From an uncultured Flavobacteriaceae bacterium (lineage in GTDB: Bacteria; Bacteroidota; Bacteroidia; Flavobacteriales; Flavobacteriaceae), in contig CAZMBM010000003.1 of the NCBI GenBank assembly GCA_964564475.1, positions 1 through 48,786 of the forward strand: a stretch of DNA of 48,786 bases, read 5' to 3'. The position numbers and the translations under genes are program-made. Below, piece after piece: positions 18,644 through 27,136 of the stretch; the stretch's first letter is position 1; the number at the start of each line of letters is the position of its first letter. The notes beneath the pieces are model-generated. The model was not told the origin of the DNA. It saw only the letters and a program-made list of their open reading frames with translations, and did no database searches.

Positions 18644-19744
18644 ATGCCAACACAAAACACCATCCGATTTTCTAGAACAGACAAAACCAAATTTTTTAGA
18701 ACACTTAACAAAAAGGTCAACACCTATTTTACAGAAAACAAACTTAAACGCACAGGTAATTGGAAACTTTACACCAAAGCCATTATCGTTTTTGGCATTT
18801 TTATAGCGCCACTTATTCTTATTTTAACGGTTACTATGCCACAGTGGGTCTTACTTTTATTAACTGTTGTTATGGGAGTAGGTATGGCCGGCGTGGGCAT
18901 GAATGTGATGCACGATGGCAATCACGGGACTTTTTCGAGTAAAAAATGGGTCAACAAATTGATGGGAAGCAGTATTTACATCCTTGCCGGAAACGTGTAC
19001 AATTGGAAAGTACAACACAATGTGCTACATCATACCTATACCAATATTCCGGGTCACGACGAAGATATAGACGCAGGCCGCATCATCCGTTTTTCTAAAC
19101 ATGCCAAATGGTTTAAAATTCACAGACTTCAAAAATATTATTCATTTTTCCTTTACGGATTACTTACAATTAATTGGGCCATTACAACCGATTTTAAACA
19201 AATGCGCAGTTATTTAAAACGCAAATTGTCGCATGGTAAATTCCCAAATCCCGCTAAAGAATGGACGGTTTTAGTCGCCACAAAAATAGCGTATTATTCT
19301 CTTTGGATAGTATTACCCTTATTGGTTTTAGACATTTCTTGGTGGAAAGTAGTCCTTGGCTTTTTCGTGATGCATTATACAGCGGGAATTATTTTAAGTG
19401 TTGTCTTTCAACTGGCTCATGTGGTACCAAAAACCGATATGCCTATTCCGGATAAAGACGGTAATTTAAAAAACACTTGGGCCATTCATCAGTTGTTTAC
19501 CACTTCTAATTTTGCTCCCAACAATCGAATTGTATCTTGGTACACCGGCGGTCTAAATAATCAGGTTGAACATCATATTTTTCCAAATATCTCGCACATA
19601 CACTACAAAAAAATCGCTAAAATTGTCAAAGAAACGGCGCAAGAGTTTAATTTGCCTTATCACGAGTACAAAACTATGCGTCGTGCCTTAGTAGAACACT
19701 TTAAATTATTAACATTATTAGGTAAAAAACCTGCTTTAGCGTAA
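18644..19744 (+). CDS. Membrane fatty-acid desaturase (front-end-type histidine boxes)
   Basis: 366 aa with about 4 TM helices. The histidine boxes are HDGNH, HNVLHH and QVEHHIFP. Confidence 0.85.
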   Translation: MPTQNTIRFSRTDKTKFFRTLNKKVNTYFTENKLKRTGNWKLYTKAIIVFGIFIAPLILILTVTMPQWVLLLLTVVMGVGMAGVGMNVMHDGNHGTFSSKKWVNKLMGSSIYILAGNVYNWKVQHNVLHHTYTNIPGHDEDIDAGRIIRFSKHAKWFKIHRLQKYYSFFLYGLLTINWAITTDFKQMRSYLKRKLSHGKFPNPAKEWTVLVATKIAYYSLWIVLPLLVLDISWWKVVLGFFVMHYTAGIILSVVFQLAHVVPKTDMPIPDKDGNLKNTWAIHQLFTTSNFAPNNRIVSWYTGGLNNQVEHHIFPNISHIHYKKIAKIVKETAQEFNLPYHEYKTMRRALVEHFKLLTLLGKKPALA

Positions 19745-19753
19745 CCTTAAAAA

Positions 19754-20947
19754 ATGAATTATCCATTATCCGACCGCATTAACAATTTGCCCTTGTCGCA
19801 AACTTTGGCTATGGCGGCACAAGCCAGAACCCTTAAAGAACAAGGTATTGACATTATTAGTTTGAGTTTGGGAGAACCCGATTTTAACACGCCCGACTTT
19901 ATAAAAGAAGCGGCCAAACAAGCTATTGACGATAATTATAACTCTTATTCGCCTGTAAACGGCTATTTAGATTTACGTCAGGCGATTTGTAAAAAATTTG
20001 AACGCGATAATGGCCTGCATTATACACCCGATCAAATAGTGGTATCTACCGGTGCCAAACAATCGCTGGCAAATGTGGTGTTGGCCGTCGTAAATCCGGG
20101 TGACGAAGTTTTACTGCCCGCACCGTATTGGGTAAGCTATGACGCTATGGTTAAAATGGCTGATGGTGTGTCGGTTGAAATCCCTTCAAGTATAGAAACC
20201 GACTTTAAAATTACACCGGCACAGCTCGAAGCGGCCATTACCCCCAAAACAAAGCTGCTGTTTTTTAATTCGCCCAACAATCCCAGTGGTTCTGTGTACA
20301 GCAAAGAAGAATACCGCGCTTTGGCCGATGTCTTGGCCAAACACCCCGATATTTACGTTATATCAGATGAAATTTACGAACACATTCTTTACGAAGGCAC
20401 AGCCTTTAGTTTTGCGGCTTTTGCCGATATGTATAACCGCACCATTACCGTAAACGGTTTGTCTAAAGCCTTTGCCATGACAGGTTGGCGTTTGGGTTAT
20501 ATAGGAGCGCCTGTAGCCATTGCCAAAGCCTGTAACAAAATGCAAGGTCAAATTACTTCTGGTACTAATTGTATTACACAGCGCGCGGCCATTAAGGCTC
20601 TTGAGGCGCCGGTTTCTTGTGTAGATTATATGGTTACCGAGTTTAAAAACCGCCGTGAATTGGTGTACGATTTGTTATCTCAAATCGAGGGGTTTAAACT
20701 CAATAAACCCAAAGGCGCCTTTTACTTTTTTCCCGATATTTCGTCTTTTTTTGGCAAAACCATAAAAGGAAAACAGATTAACAATGCTTCCGATTTCTCG
20801 ATGCTTTTACTAGACGAAGCACATGTAGCCACTGTTACCGGCGATGCTTTTGGTTCGCCAAACTGTTTGCGTTTGAGTTACGCCACGTCTGAAACCCTTT
20901 TACGCGAAGCTATCAAACGCATAAAAGCAGTTGTGACAGGTGTATAA
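19754..20947 (+). CDS. Class I PLP-dependent aminotransferase (aspartate aminotransferase-like)
   Basis: 397 aa with the PLP-lysine context NGLSKAFAMTGWRLGY, and the NPSG and PAPYW motifs. Confidence 0.85.
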   Translation: MNYPLSDRINNLPLSQTLAMAAQARTLKEQGIDIISLSLGEPDFNTPDFIKEAAKQAIDDNYNSYSPVNGYLDLRQAICKKFERDNGLHYTPDQIVVSTGAKQSLANVVLAVVNPGDEVLLPAPYWVSYDAMVKMADGVSVEIPSSIETDFKITPAQLEAAITPKTKLLFFNSPNNPSGSVYSKEEYRALADVLAKHPDIYVISDEIYEHILYEGTAFSFAAFADMYNRTITVNGLSKAFAMTGWRLGYIGAPVAIAKACNKMQGQITSGTNCITQRAAIKALEAPVSCVDYMVTEFKNRRELVYDLLSQIEGFKLNKPKGAFYFFPDISSFFGKTIKGKQINNASDFSMLLLDEAHVATVTGDAFGSPNCLRLSYATSETLLREAIKRIKAVVTGV

Positions 20948-21386
20948 ACAACATTTTACAACCAAGTGGGCCGATTTCGACCCCAATAAACACATGCGTC
21001 ACACGGCCTATAACGACTATGCCGCCGAATGTAGAATCCGTTTTTTTAACGAAAACGGCATCACCACACAACTTTTTGAGGAAACACACATAGGGCCGGT
21101 TTTGTTTAAAGAAGAAACCCATTTTTACCGTGAAATTCGCTTAGGCGAAGCCCTCGAAATAAGCTTGCAATTAAAGGCCTGTTCGCCTTTAGGCGAACGT
21201 TTTAAAATGTATCACCAACTCTACAAAACCGATGGTGTTTTGGCAGCCGAAATACACATTTTTGCGGCGTGGCTCGATTTGAATACCCGAAAACTCATCG
21301 TACCGCCACCTGTAGTAATAAACGCTTTTAACAAACTAGAACGCACAACCGATTTTGAGACAATTGTATTGAAAAAGAAAGTATAA
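20940..21386 (+). CDS. Hotdog-fold acyl-CoA thioesterase-like protein
   Basis: 148 aa with a GTG start that overlaps the aminotransferase stop by 8 nt. Size and N-terminal pattern (DFDPNKHMRHTAY) resemble 4HBT-type thioesterases. Confidence 0.6.
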   Translation: MYKQHFTTKWADFDPNKHMRHTAYNDYAAECRIRFFNENGITTQLFEETHIGPVLFKEETHFYREIRLGEALEISLQLKACSPLGERFKMYHQLYKTDGVLAAEIHIFAAWLDLNTRKLIVPPPVVINAFNKLERTTDFETIVLKKKV

Positions 21387-21415
21387 AACCTTGTTATTTT
21401 AAACAAAATAAAGAA

Positions 21416-21448
21416 AGTCAGGGTTTCACTTTATGTGAAGCCCTGACT
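21416..21448. repeat. REP-like hairpin, family 1, copy B
   Basis: agtcagggtttcactttatgtgaagccctgact forms a 14-bp stem (one G-U) with a 5-nt loop. Confidence 0.75.
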
Positions 21449-21454
21449 TAACTA

Positions 21455-21497
21455 ATTAAATTGATACGATGACTTATAGTCATCGTATCAATTTAAT
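21455..21497. repeat. REP-like palindrome, family 2, copy B (perfect 20-bp arms)
   Basis: aattaaattgatacgatgact-tat-agtcatcgtatcaatttaatt. Base-by-base pairing of 21455-21474 with 21478-21497 is perfect. Confidence 0.85.
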
Positions 21498-21533
21498 CTA
21501 AATCTAAATGAAATTTTAAGTTTTTTGGCATCC

Positions 21534-21560
21534 TTTGCGTAAACCCTTGCGCACTTTGCG
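21534..21560. repeat. Three closely spaced T(T)TGCG direct motifs
   Basis: tttgcg-taaacc-cttgcg-cac-tttgcg. It sits inside the repeat-rich spacer between the thioesterase-like gene and xth. Confidence 0.5.
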
Positions 21561-21575
21561 GTTAAAAATAGGCGT

Positions 21576-21609
21576 AGTCAGAGTTTAACTTAGAGTTGAA
21601 GACCTGACT
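21576..21609. repeat. REP-like hairpin, family 1, degenerate copy C
   Basis: agtcagagtttaacttagagttgaagacctgact. The outer stem is agtcag/ctgact and the inner stem is tttaac/gttgaa, separated by an internal loop. It ends 7 nt from the xth stop. Confidence 0.55.
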
Positions 21610-21615
21610 GTATTT

Positions 21616-22380
21616 TTAATTCTCTATTTCCAGACCGATAGGGCAATGGTCAGAATGTTTGGCTTCGGGTAAAATATAGGCCCGTTTTAAACGGTTTTTT
21701 AAAGAGTCGCTCGCCATTAAATAATCTATTCGCCATCCTTTGTTGTTGTTACGGGCATTGGCGCGATAACTCCACCAACTGTAGTGATGCGGTGCTTTGT
21801 TAAAATACCTAAAAGTGTCTATAAAACCACTTTCTATAAATTGGTGAATCCATGCGCGTTCTACGGGTAAAAAACCGGACGTGTTTTTCAGTCCTACCGG
21901 ATTGTGAATGTCAATCGCTTCGTGGCAGATGTTAAAGTCGCCCCCAATAATAAGATGTGGTATTTCTTTTTTAAGATTGTCAATGTACTCTTGAAATTGC
22001 GCCATATAATTCAGTTTAAAATCCAAACGCAAGTCGTTTGTCCCCGAAGGGAGATACAAACTCATTACAGAAACCGTATCAAAATCAACCCGCAAATTGC
22101 GTCCCTCAAAATCCATTGTTTCTATACCGGTTCCATATTCTACGTGGTTGGGTTTTATCTTTGACAAAATGGCCACACTGCTATAGCCTTTTTTTTGGGC
22201 CGAAAACCAGTAATGATGCGGATAGCCGGCTTTTTCAAAAAGTTCTAAATCGAGTTGATCTTTGTGCGCTTTGGTTTCTTGGATAAGCACAACATCGGGA
22301 TTGGCGGTCTGTAACCAACTTAAAAAACCTTTTTTTAAAGCGGCCCGAATACCGTTGACGTTATAGGAAATTATTTTCAT
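21616..22380 (-). CDS. xth: Exodeoxyribonuclease III (AP endonuclease)
   Basis: 254 aa with the N-terminus MKIISYNVNGIRA, QETK, GDFNI and the C-terminal SDHCPI motifs of the ExoIII family. Confidence 0.9.
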   Translation of the reverse strand: MKIISYNVNGIRAALKKGFLSWLQTANPDVVLIQETKAHKDQLDLELFEKAGYPHHYWFSAQKKGYSSVAILSKIKPNHVEYGTGIETMDFEGRNLRVDFDTVSVMSLYLPSGTNDLRLDFKLNYMAQFQEYIDNLKKEIPHLIIGGDFNICHEAIDIHNPVGLKNTSGFLPVERAWIHQFIESGFIDTFRYFNKAPHHYSWWSYRANARNNNKGWRIDYLMASDSLKNRLKRAYILPEAKHSDHCPIGLEIEN

Positions 22381-22445
22381 AGTTTTGGTGTCAGAAGACC
22401 GAAGCCGGAAGCCGCAAAAACAGACTTTGGCATTTTTTATAATTA

Positions 22446-24263
22446 TTATTTACATTCATAATTCGCGCGCAATTTACGGCGCATCACTTTGTTAGAGGCT
22501 GTACGTGGCAAAGTGTCAATTTGCACCAAATCACTGACTTTAAAAAGCGGATTCAGCTGTTTGCGTACAGCTGTTTGCGCTTGTTTTAAACGGTCAGTTT
22601 GCGTTAAGGAGCTCTCCAGAGGCACATAATACACCACCAACAAACCGGGACCGCCGCCTTTGGGCGCCACAGCTACAGCCGCCGATTCTTTAACAAAATC
22701 GAGGCTGTTTATAACACTTTCAATTTGTATAGAACTGACTTTAATACCGCCTAAATTCATCGCGTCATCGGTACGTCCTTGGGCTTTGTAATAACCTGTT
22801 TCTAAGCGCAACATGGCATCGCCATGACGGCGCAATAATTGGTCTTTATACTTGGGAGTTCCCTCGTAATACTCTTTGTGGTGGTCGCGGTTTAAAAGGG
22901 TATTAGACAGTCCCATAGTGGGTGGTATCAAAAAAACTTCCCCTTTATTTGTGGGATTGTCATCTTCGTCAAGCAACACAAATGCTGTTCCCAAAGCTTG
23001 GGTAGAAAAGGTACTTGGATAATTATCTTGCACCACGGTACTTGTAACGTAGCCCCCGCCAATTTCGGTACCGCCACAGTATTCAATAACGGGTTTGCCA
23101 CCGGCCAACTGCATCAGATAAGTCATTTCGGTTGGATTAGAAACCTCACCGGTAGAGCTAAAGCATTTTATAGCGCTCCAATCCAACCCTTCCATACAGC
23201 CCGAAGCTTTCCAGTGTTTAACAATGCTCGGCACAACCCCTAACATCGTGACTTTGGCGTCTTGTACAAACGTGCCAAAATTACTATCTAACGGCGCACC
23301 GTAATACAAACCGATAGTTGCTTTATTTATAAGGGCTGCAAAAACCAACCACGGCCCCATCATCCAACCTAAATTGGTGGGCCAGCACACCACGTCGTTT
23401 TTATGAATATCGTGGTGGTAATAACCGTCTGAGGCGCCTTTTATAGGGGTAGTATGATGCCACGGAATGGCTTTAGGATTACCCGTCGTCCCCGATGAAA
23501 ATAAAATGGTTATCGTTTCGTCAGGCGTTTGTTTAACACTCTCAAAGGATGGATTTTCTGCTAAAAAAGCTTTCCAAAAAACGTCATTTGGACGTAAAGC
23601 TGTGTTTTTATTTGTCGCTTTAATTACCACAGCCTTAGGGGCTTTGGCCTCACAAATTTTTTGATATAAAGGCAGGGTTTTACCGGCTCTTAAAAGGTAA
23701 TCTTGTGTAAATATTAATTTGGGATGGGCAATTTTTAAACGCGTTTCAATTTCGTTGGGCGTAAAGCTGTCGGCAATGGTTACAATGGGATTTCCGGCTT
23801 TAATACCCGCCAAATAAATAGCTACCGCTTCAAGGGTCATAGGCATATCAATAGCGATGGCATCACCTTGTTTTAATCCCGTTTGACGGAGACTGTTGGC
23901 AATTCTGTTAACCAAATTTTCGAGTTCTTGTTGGGTAACTGCGGTAAGTTTACCCCCTTCTTTTTGGTAAATTACAGCTGTAGCCTCTGCGTTGTTATTA
24001 AAACAACTGTCCACAATATTCAGTTGGGCGTCTTTTAGCCAAACAGGGGTTTCAACACCCTCTGATACATCTAAAACAGCACTGAAATTTTTAGCACATT
24101 TAATCTTCAGGTTTTGGACTGTTTCTTCCCAAAATGCGCCACGGTGGCTAACAGACCACTCCCAAAAATCACGATAGGTATTAAAATGATGTTTTCGCAT
24201 CATTTTGTAGATATTGCTGTGTGCGATAACTGTTTTAGAAGGATGCCAAACGTAATTTTTCAT
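22446..24263 (-). CDS. AMP-forming acyl-CoA synthetase (acetyl-CoA-synthetase-like)
   Basis: 605 aa with an ACS-like N-terminal region (FWE...WL). AMP-binding motifs are FSSGTTGNPK, EYCGGTE and GYYKAQGRTDD. Substrate is not assignable from sequence alone. Confidence 0.8.
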   Translation of the reverse strand: MKNYVWHPSKTVIAHSNIYKMMRKHHFNTYRDFWEWSVSHRGAFWEETVQNLKIKCAKNFSAVLDVSEGVETPVWLKDAQLNIVDSCFNNNAEATAVIYQKEGGKLTAVTQQELENLVNRIANSLRQTGLKQGDAIAIDMPMTLEAVAIYLAGIKAGNPIVTIADSFTPNEIETRLKIAHPKLIFTQDYLLRAGKTLPLYQKICEAKAPKAVVIKATNKNTALRPNDVFWKAFLAENPSFESVKQTPDETITILFSSGTTGNPKAIPWHHTTPIKGASDGYYHHDIHKNDVVCWPTNLGWMMGPWLVFAALINKATIGLYYGAPLDSNFGTFVQDAKVTMLGVVPSIVKHWKASGCMEGLDWSAIKCFSSTGEVSNPTEMTYLMQLAGGKPVIEYCGGTEIGGGYVTSTVVQDNYPSTFSTQALGTAFVLLDEDDNPTNKGEVFLIPPTMGLSNTLLNRDHHKEYYEGTPKYKDQLLRRHGDAMLRLETGYYKAQGRTDDAMNLGGIKVSSIQIESVINSLDFVKESAAVAVAPKGGGPGLLVVYYVPLESSLTQTDRLKQAQTAVRKQLNPLFKVSDLVQIDTLPRTASNKVMRRKLRANYECK

Positions 24264-24266
24264 CGG

Positions 24267-26645
24267 TTAAAATTTGGGATCGTCTTGCGGGACATCTTTT
24301 ATTTTAGGGTCTTTATTAAAAGTATTACAATCGAGATTAATTGAAATATGTTCGGGTTTTTCGAATTCTTCCTTGCTGACGTGTAAGGTACTGTCTTTAT
24401 ACACCTGTTTCATATACAGCGCCCATATTGGCAGCGCCATAGAAGCCCCTTGACCGCGGGTAATACCTTTAAAGTGAATAGAACGGTTTTCGGCACCCAC
24501 CCAAACGCCGGTAGCTAAATTGGGAACCATACCCATAAACCACCCATCCGATTGGTTTTGCGTGGTACCGGTTTTACCGGCAATAGGATTTTTAAATTCG
24601 TAAGGATAGCCTGTGGCAATACTGTCGGGATACACCCCGCTTTTGGTACGTAAACGGATACCCGAACCAAACTGTGTTACACCTTCCAGTAAATTAATAA
24701 CTGTGTAAGCCGCCTCTTTACTCAACACTTCTCTTGTTGTTGGCGAAAAATTTTCTAAAACAGTACCGTTTTTATCTTCAATACGCAGGACAACCATGGG
24801 TTTTATGTACATGCCTTGATTGGCAAAAGTACTGTAAGCGCCTACCATATCGTATAAACTAATATCAACCGTTCCCAAAGCGATAGAGGGCACTTCAGGA
24901 ATATATCCCGTAATACCCAAACTTCTCGCCAAGCGTTTGACATTTTTAGGGCCTACTTTATACATCATACGGGCTGTAATAACATTGATAGATTTGGCCA
25001 AAGCCTGTTTTAAGGTTAAAATACCACCGTATTTACCTCCCGAATTACTGGGTGTCCAATCTTCGGGAATACCAAAAGTGCCGGCCGGAATGGTATAAGG
25101 AATATTAGGATACTTTTCGCAAGGCGAAATTTTTAACTGATTGATAACCGTGGCATATACAAAGGGCTTAAAGGTAGAACCCACTTGGCGGCGGCCTTGT
25201 TTGGCATGATCGTATTTAAAGTATTTATAGTTTATACCGCCTACCCATACTTTTACGTGCCCGGTTTGGGGTTCGACACTCAATACCCCGCTTTGTAAAA
25301 AATATTTGTAATATTTTATAGAATCCAGAGGCGACATAAGCGTATCTTTATCCCCCTGCCAAGAGAAAACACGCATAAGACGCTTGGTGTTAAAAGCCTT
25401 CTCAATTTCGGCATCAGAAGCCCCGGCTTTTTTCATGCCTCTATAACGACCGGTGCGGCGCATAGTCGATTTAATGATACGCTCTGTCGAAGCTACAAAT
25501 GTTGAATCTTCTTTTTCTTTTAACAGTCTGATTTCTGCGGTATCTTTTTTTTGTTTAATAGCCCTTTCTAATGCTTTAGAAGGCACATAAACAAAGGGGG
25601 CATACGGGTTTTCCTTTTGTTGCTTAAAAAAGGCCCGTTGTAAGTTAGACATATGCCGTTTAACGGCATTTTCGGCATATTTTTGCATACGCGCGTCTAT
25701 GGTTACGTATATTTTAAGGCCATCGCGGTAAATGTTATACTTAGAGCCATCGGGTTTTTTATGGGTTCTGACCCATTTTTTCATATAATCACGTATGTAT
25801 TCTCTAAAATACGTTGCCGAACCATCGCTGGTATCTTCAGGGGAAAAATTTAAGACGATAGGTAATTTTTGAAGCGAATCTTTAACCTTGGTTTCTAGAT
25901 ACCCGTATTTTTCCATTTGTTTGAGCACCTGATTGCGCCTTAAAAACGCTTTTTTCTTAGACCTTTTTCTTTTTGGATTGTATTGTCTGGGATTTTTAAG
26001 CATAGCCACAATAACAGCCGATTCTTCTTGTTTCAAATCTTTAGGCTCTTTTCCGAAGTAAATACGAGAGGCCGATCTTATTCCAATGGCATTAAATAAA
26101 AAACCTTGTTTGTTTAGATACATGGCTATTATTTCTTGTTTGGTATATTGGCGTTCGAGTTGGATGGCAATAACCCACTCTTTGGTTTTTTGAATGATGC
26201 GTTTAAAAATATTGCCCGAAGCCCGTTTTGTAAATAAAAGTTTTGCCAATTGTTGGGTAATGGTACTGGCTCCCCCTCCTTTTCCCAGTTTAATTAAGGC
26301 ACGGAAAGTGCCGCGAACATCGATGCCTGAATGGTCATAAAAACGGACATCTTCTGTGGCAATTAAAGCTTGTACAAGGTTTTTAGGAAGGTCTTTATAA
26401 CCGACAGGTGTTCTGTTTTCGTGATAATATTTACCTAATGTCTTCCCGTCTATAGAAATGACTTCGGTAGCCAAATTGTTTTCGGGATTTTCTAATTCTT
26501 CAAAGGTGGGAAGTGGCCCAAAAACACCGGTAGCGGCAAGTGTAAATAATAAAACAATAGCCAAAACACCTACACCAAAAATGCCCCACATGTAACGCGT
26601 GTATTTTTTAAAAGATGTATTGATAAGCTTCTTTTTCTTAGTCAT
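24267..26645 (-). CDS. mrcA: Bifunctional penicillin-binding protein 1A (glycosyltransferase/transpeptidase)
   Basis: 792 aa with an N-terminal TM anchor. GT51 motifs are EDVRFYDHSGID and GGASTITQQLAK. Transpeptidase motifs are STFKP and KTGTT. Confidence 0.9.
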   Translation of the reverse strand: MTKKKKLINTSFKKYTRYMWGIFGVGVLAIVLLFTLAATGVFGPLPTFEELENPENNLATEVISIDGKTLGKYYHENRTPVGYKDLPKNLVQALIATEDVRFYDHSGIDVRGTFRALIKLGKGGGASTITQQLAKLLFTKRASGNIFKRIIQKTKEWVIAIQLERQYTKQEIIAMYLNKQGFLFNAIGIRSASRIYFGKEPKDLKQEESAVIVAMLKNPRQYNPKRKRSKKKAFLRRNQVLKQMEKYGYLETKVKDSLQKLPIVLNFSPEDTSDGSATYFREYIRDYMKKWVRTHKKPDGSKYNIYRDGLKIYVTIDARMQKYAENAVKRHMSNLQRAFFKQQKENPYAPFVYVPSKALERAIKQKKDTAEIRLLKEKEDSTFVASTERIIKSTMRRTGRYRGMKKAGASDAEIEKAFNTKRLMRVFSWQGDKDTLMSPLDSIKYYKYFLQSGVLSVEPQTGHVKVWVGGINYKYFKYDHAKQGRRQVGSTFKPFVYATVINQLKISPCEKYPNIPYTIPAGTFGIPEDWTPSNSGGKYGGILTLKQALAKSINVITARMMYKVGPKNVKRLARSLGITGYIPEVPSIALGTVDISLYDMVGAYSTFANQGMYIKPMVVLRIEDKNGTVLENFSPTTREVLSKEAAYTVINLLEGVTQFGSGIRLRTKSGVYPDSIATGYPYEFKNPIAGKTGTTQNQSDGWFMGMVPNLATGVWVGAENRSIHFKGITRGQGASMALPIWALYMKQVYKDSTLHVSKEEFEKPEHISINLDCNTFNKDPKIKDVPQDDPKF

Positions 26646-26647
26646 TT

Positions 26648-27136
26648 TTAATTTTTCACATATTCTACACTTAAACCCACATCAGAAATGCCTTGAAGAT
26701 ACGCGTCGCCATATAAATGACCGTTTTTTCTTACAGCATGAACTATGTTAAACGTATAAGCCCCTTTTTTTGGGAATATGTAATTGGTTTTATAAATTAA
26801 TTTGCTCTCTTTTACAGAAGTAAATCCTGTGCCTAGCCAACGCCCTGAAGCATCGGCCATGTCATACTCTAACGTGTCAATTTGTATTATAGTGTTTTTG
26901 TATTTTTCTGTAACCACCAAGAATAAGTTACTGTAGGGGTATTGATTTGTATTGCGAATATTGATATAGAGATTGTAGCGAGAAACAGAATCGGCTATAG
27001 CCACATTAAACGCCAAACTTTGTTTTAGAGCCCATTTATTGTTTTCAATATTTTTGTAGCGGCTATAAAATGGAGGTTTAGAACAAGCAAAAATCAGTAA
27101 AAAAACCCCTATAAGATAACTTTTATCTTTTAGCAT
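26648..27136 (-). CDS. gldH: Gliding motility lipoprotein GldH (probable)
   Basis: The start is taken at ATG 27136 (MLKDKSYLIGVFLLIFAC lipobox) rather than 27190. The protein is about 160 aa. Its position between the PSP1-domain gene and the PBP1A gene matches my recollection of the gldH neighbourhood in Flavobacterium. Confidence 0.65.
   Translation of the reverse strand: MLKDKSYLIGVFLLIFACSKPPFYSRYKNIENNKWALKQSLAFNVAIADSVSRYNLYINIRNTNQYPYSNLFLVVTEKYKNTIIQIDTLEYDMADASGRWLGTGFTSVKESKLIYKTNYIFPKKGAYTFNIVHAVRKNGHLYGDAYLQGISDVGLSVEYVKN

Noticed and set aside
21455-21497. TTGAT...ATCAA ends of the family-2 palindrome as an FNR/CRP-type box relevant to denitrification control
   Set aside because: FNR/CRP boxes are TTGAT-N4-ATCAA. 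Here the half-sites are separated by 21 nt, and all copies sit at gene 3' ends rather than upstream of the nos genes.
22401-22414. Direct repeat gaagccg-gaagccg between xth and the acyl-CoA synthetase-like gene
   Set aside because: There are only two 7-nt units with no further copies noticed, which is compatible with chance.
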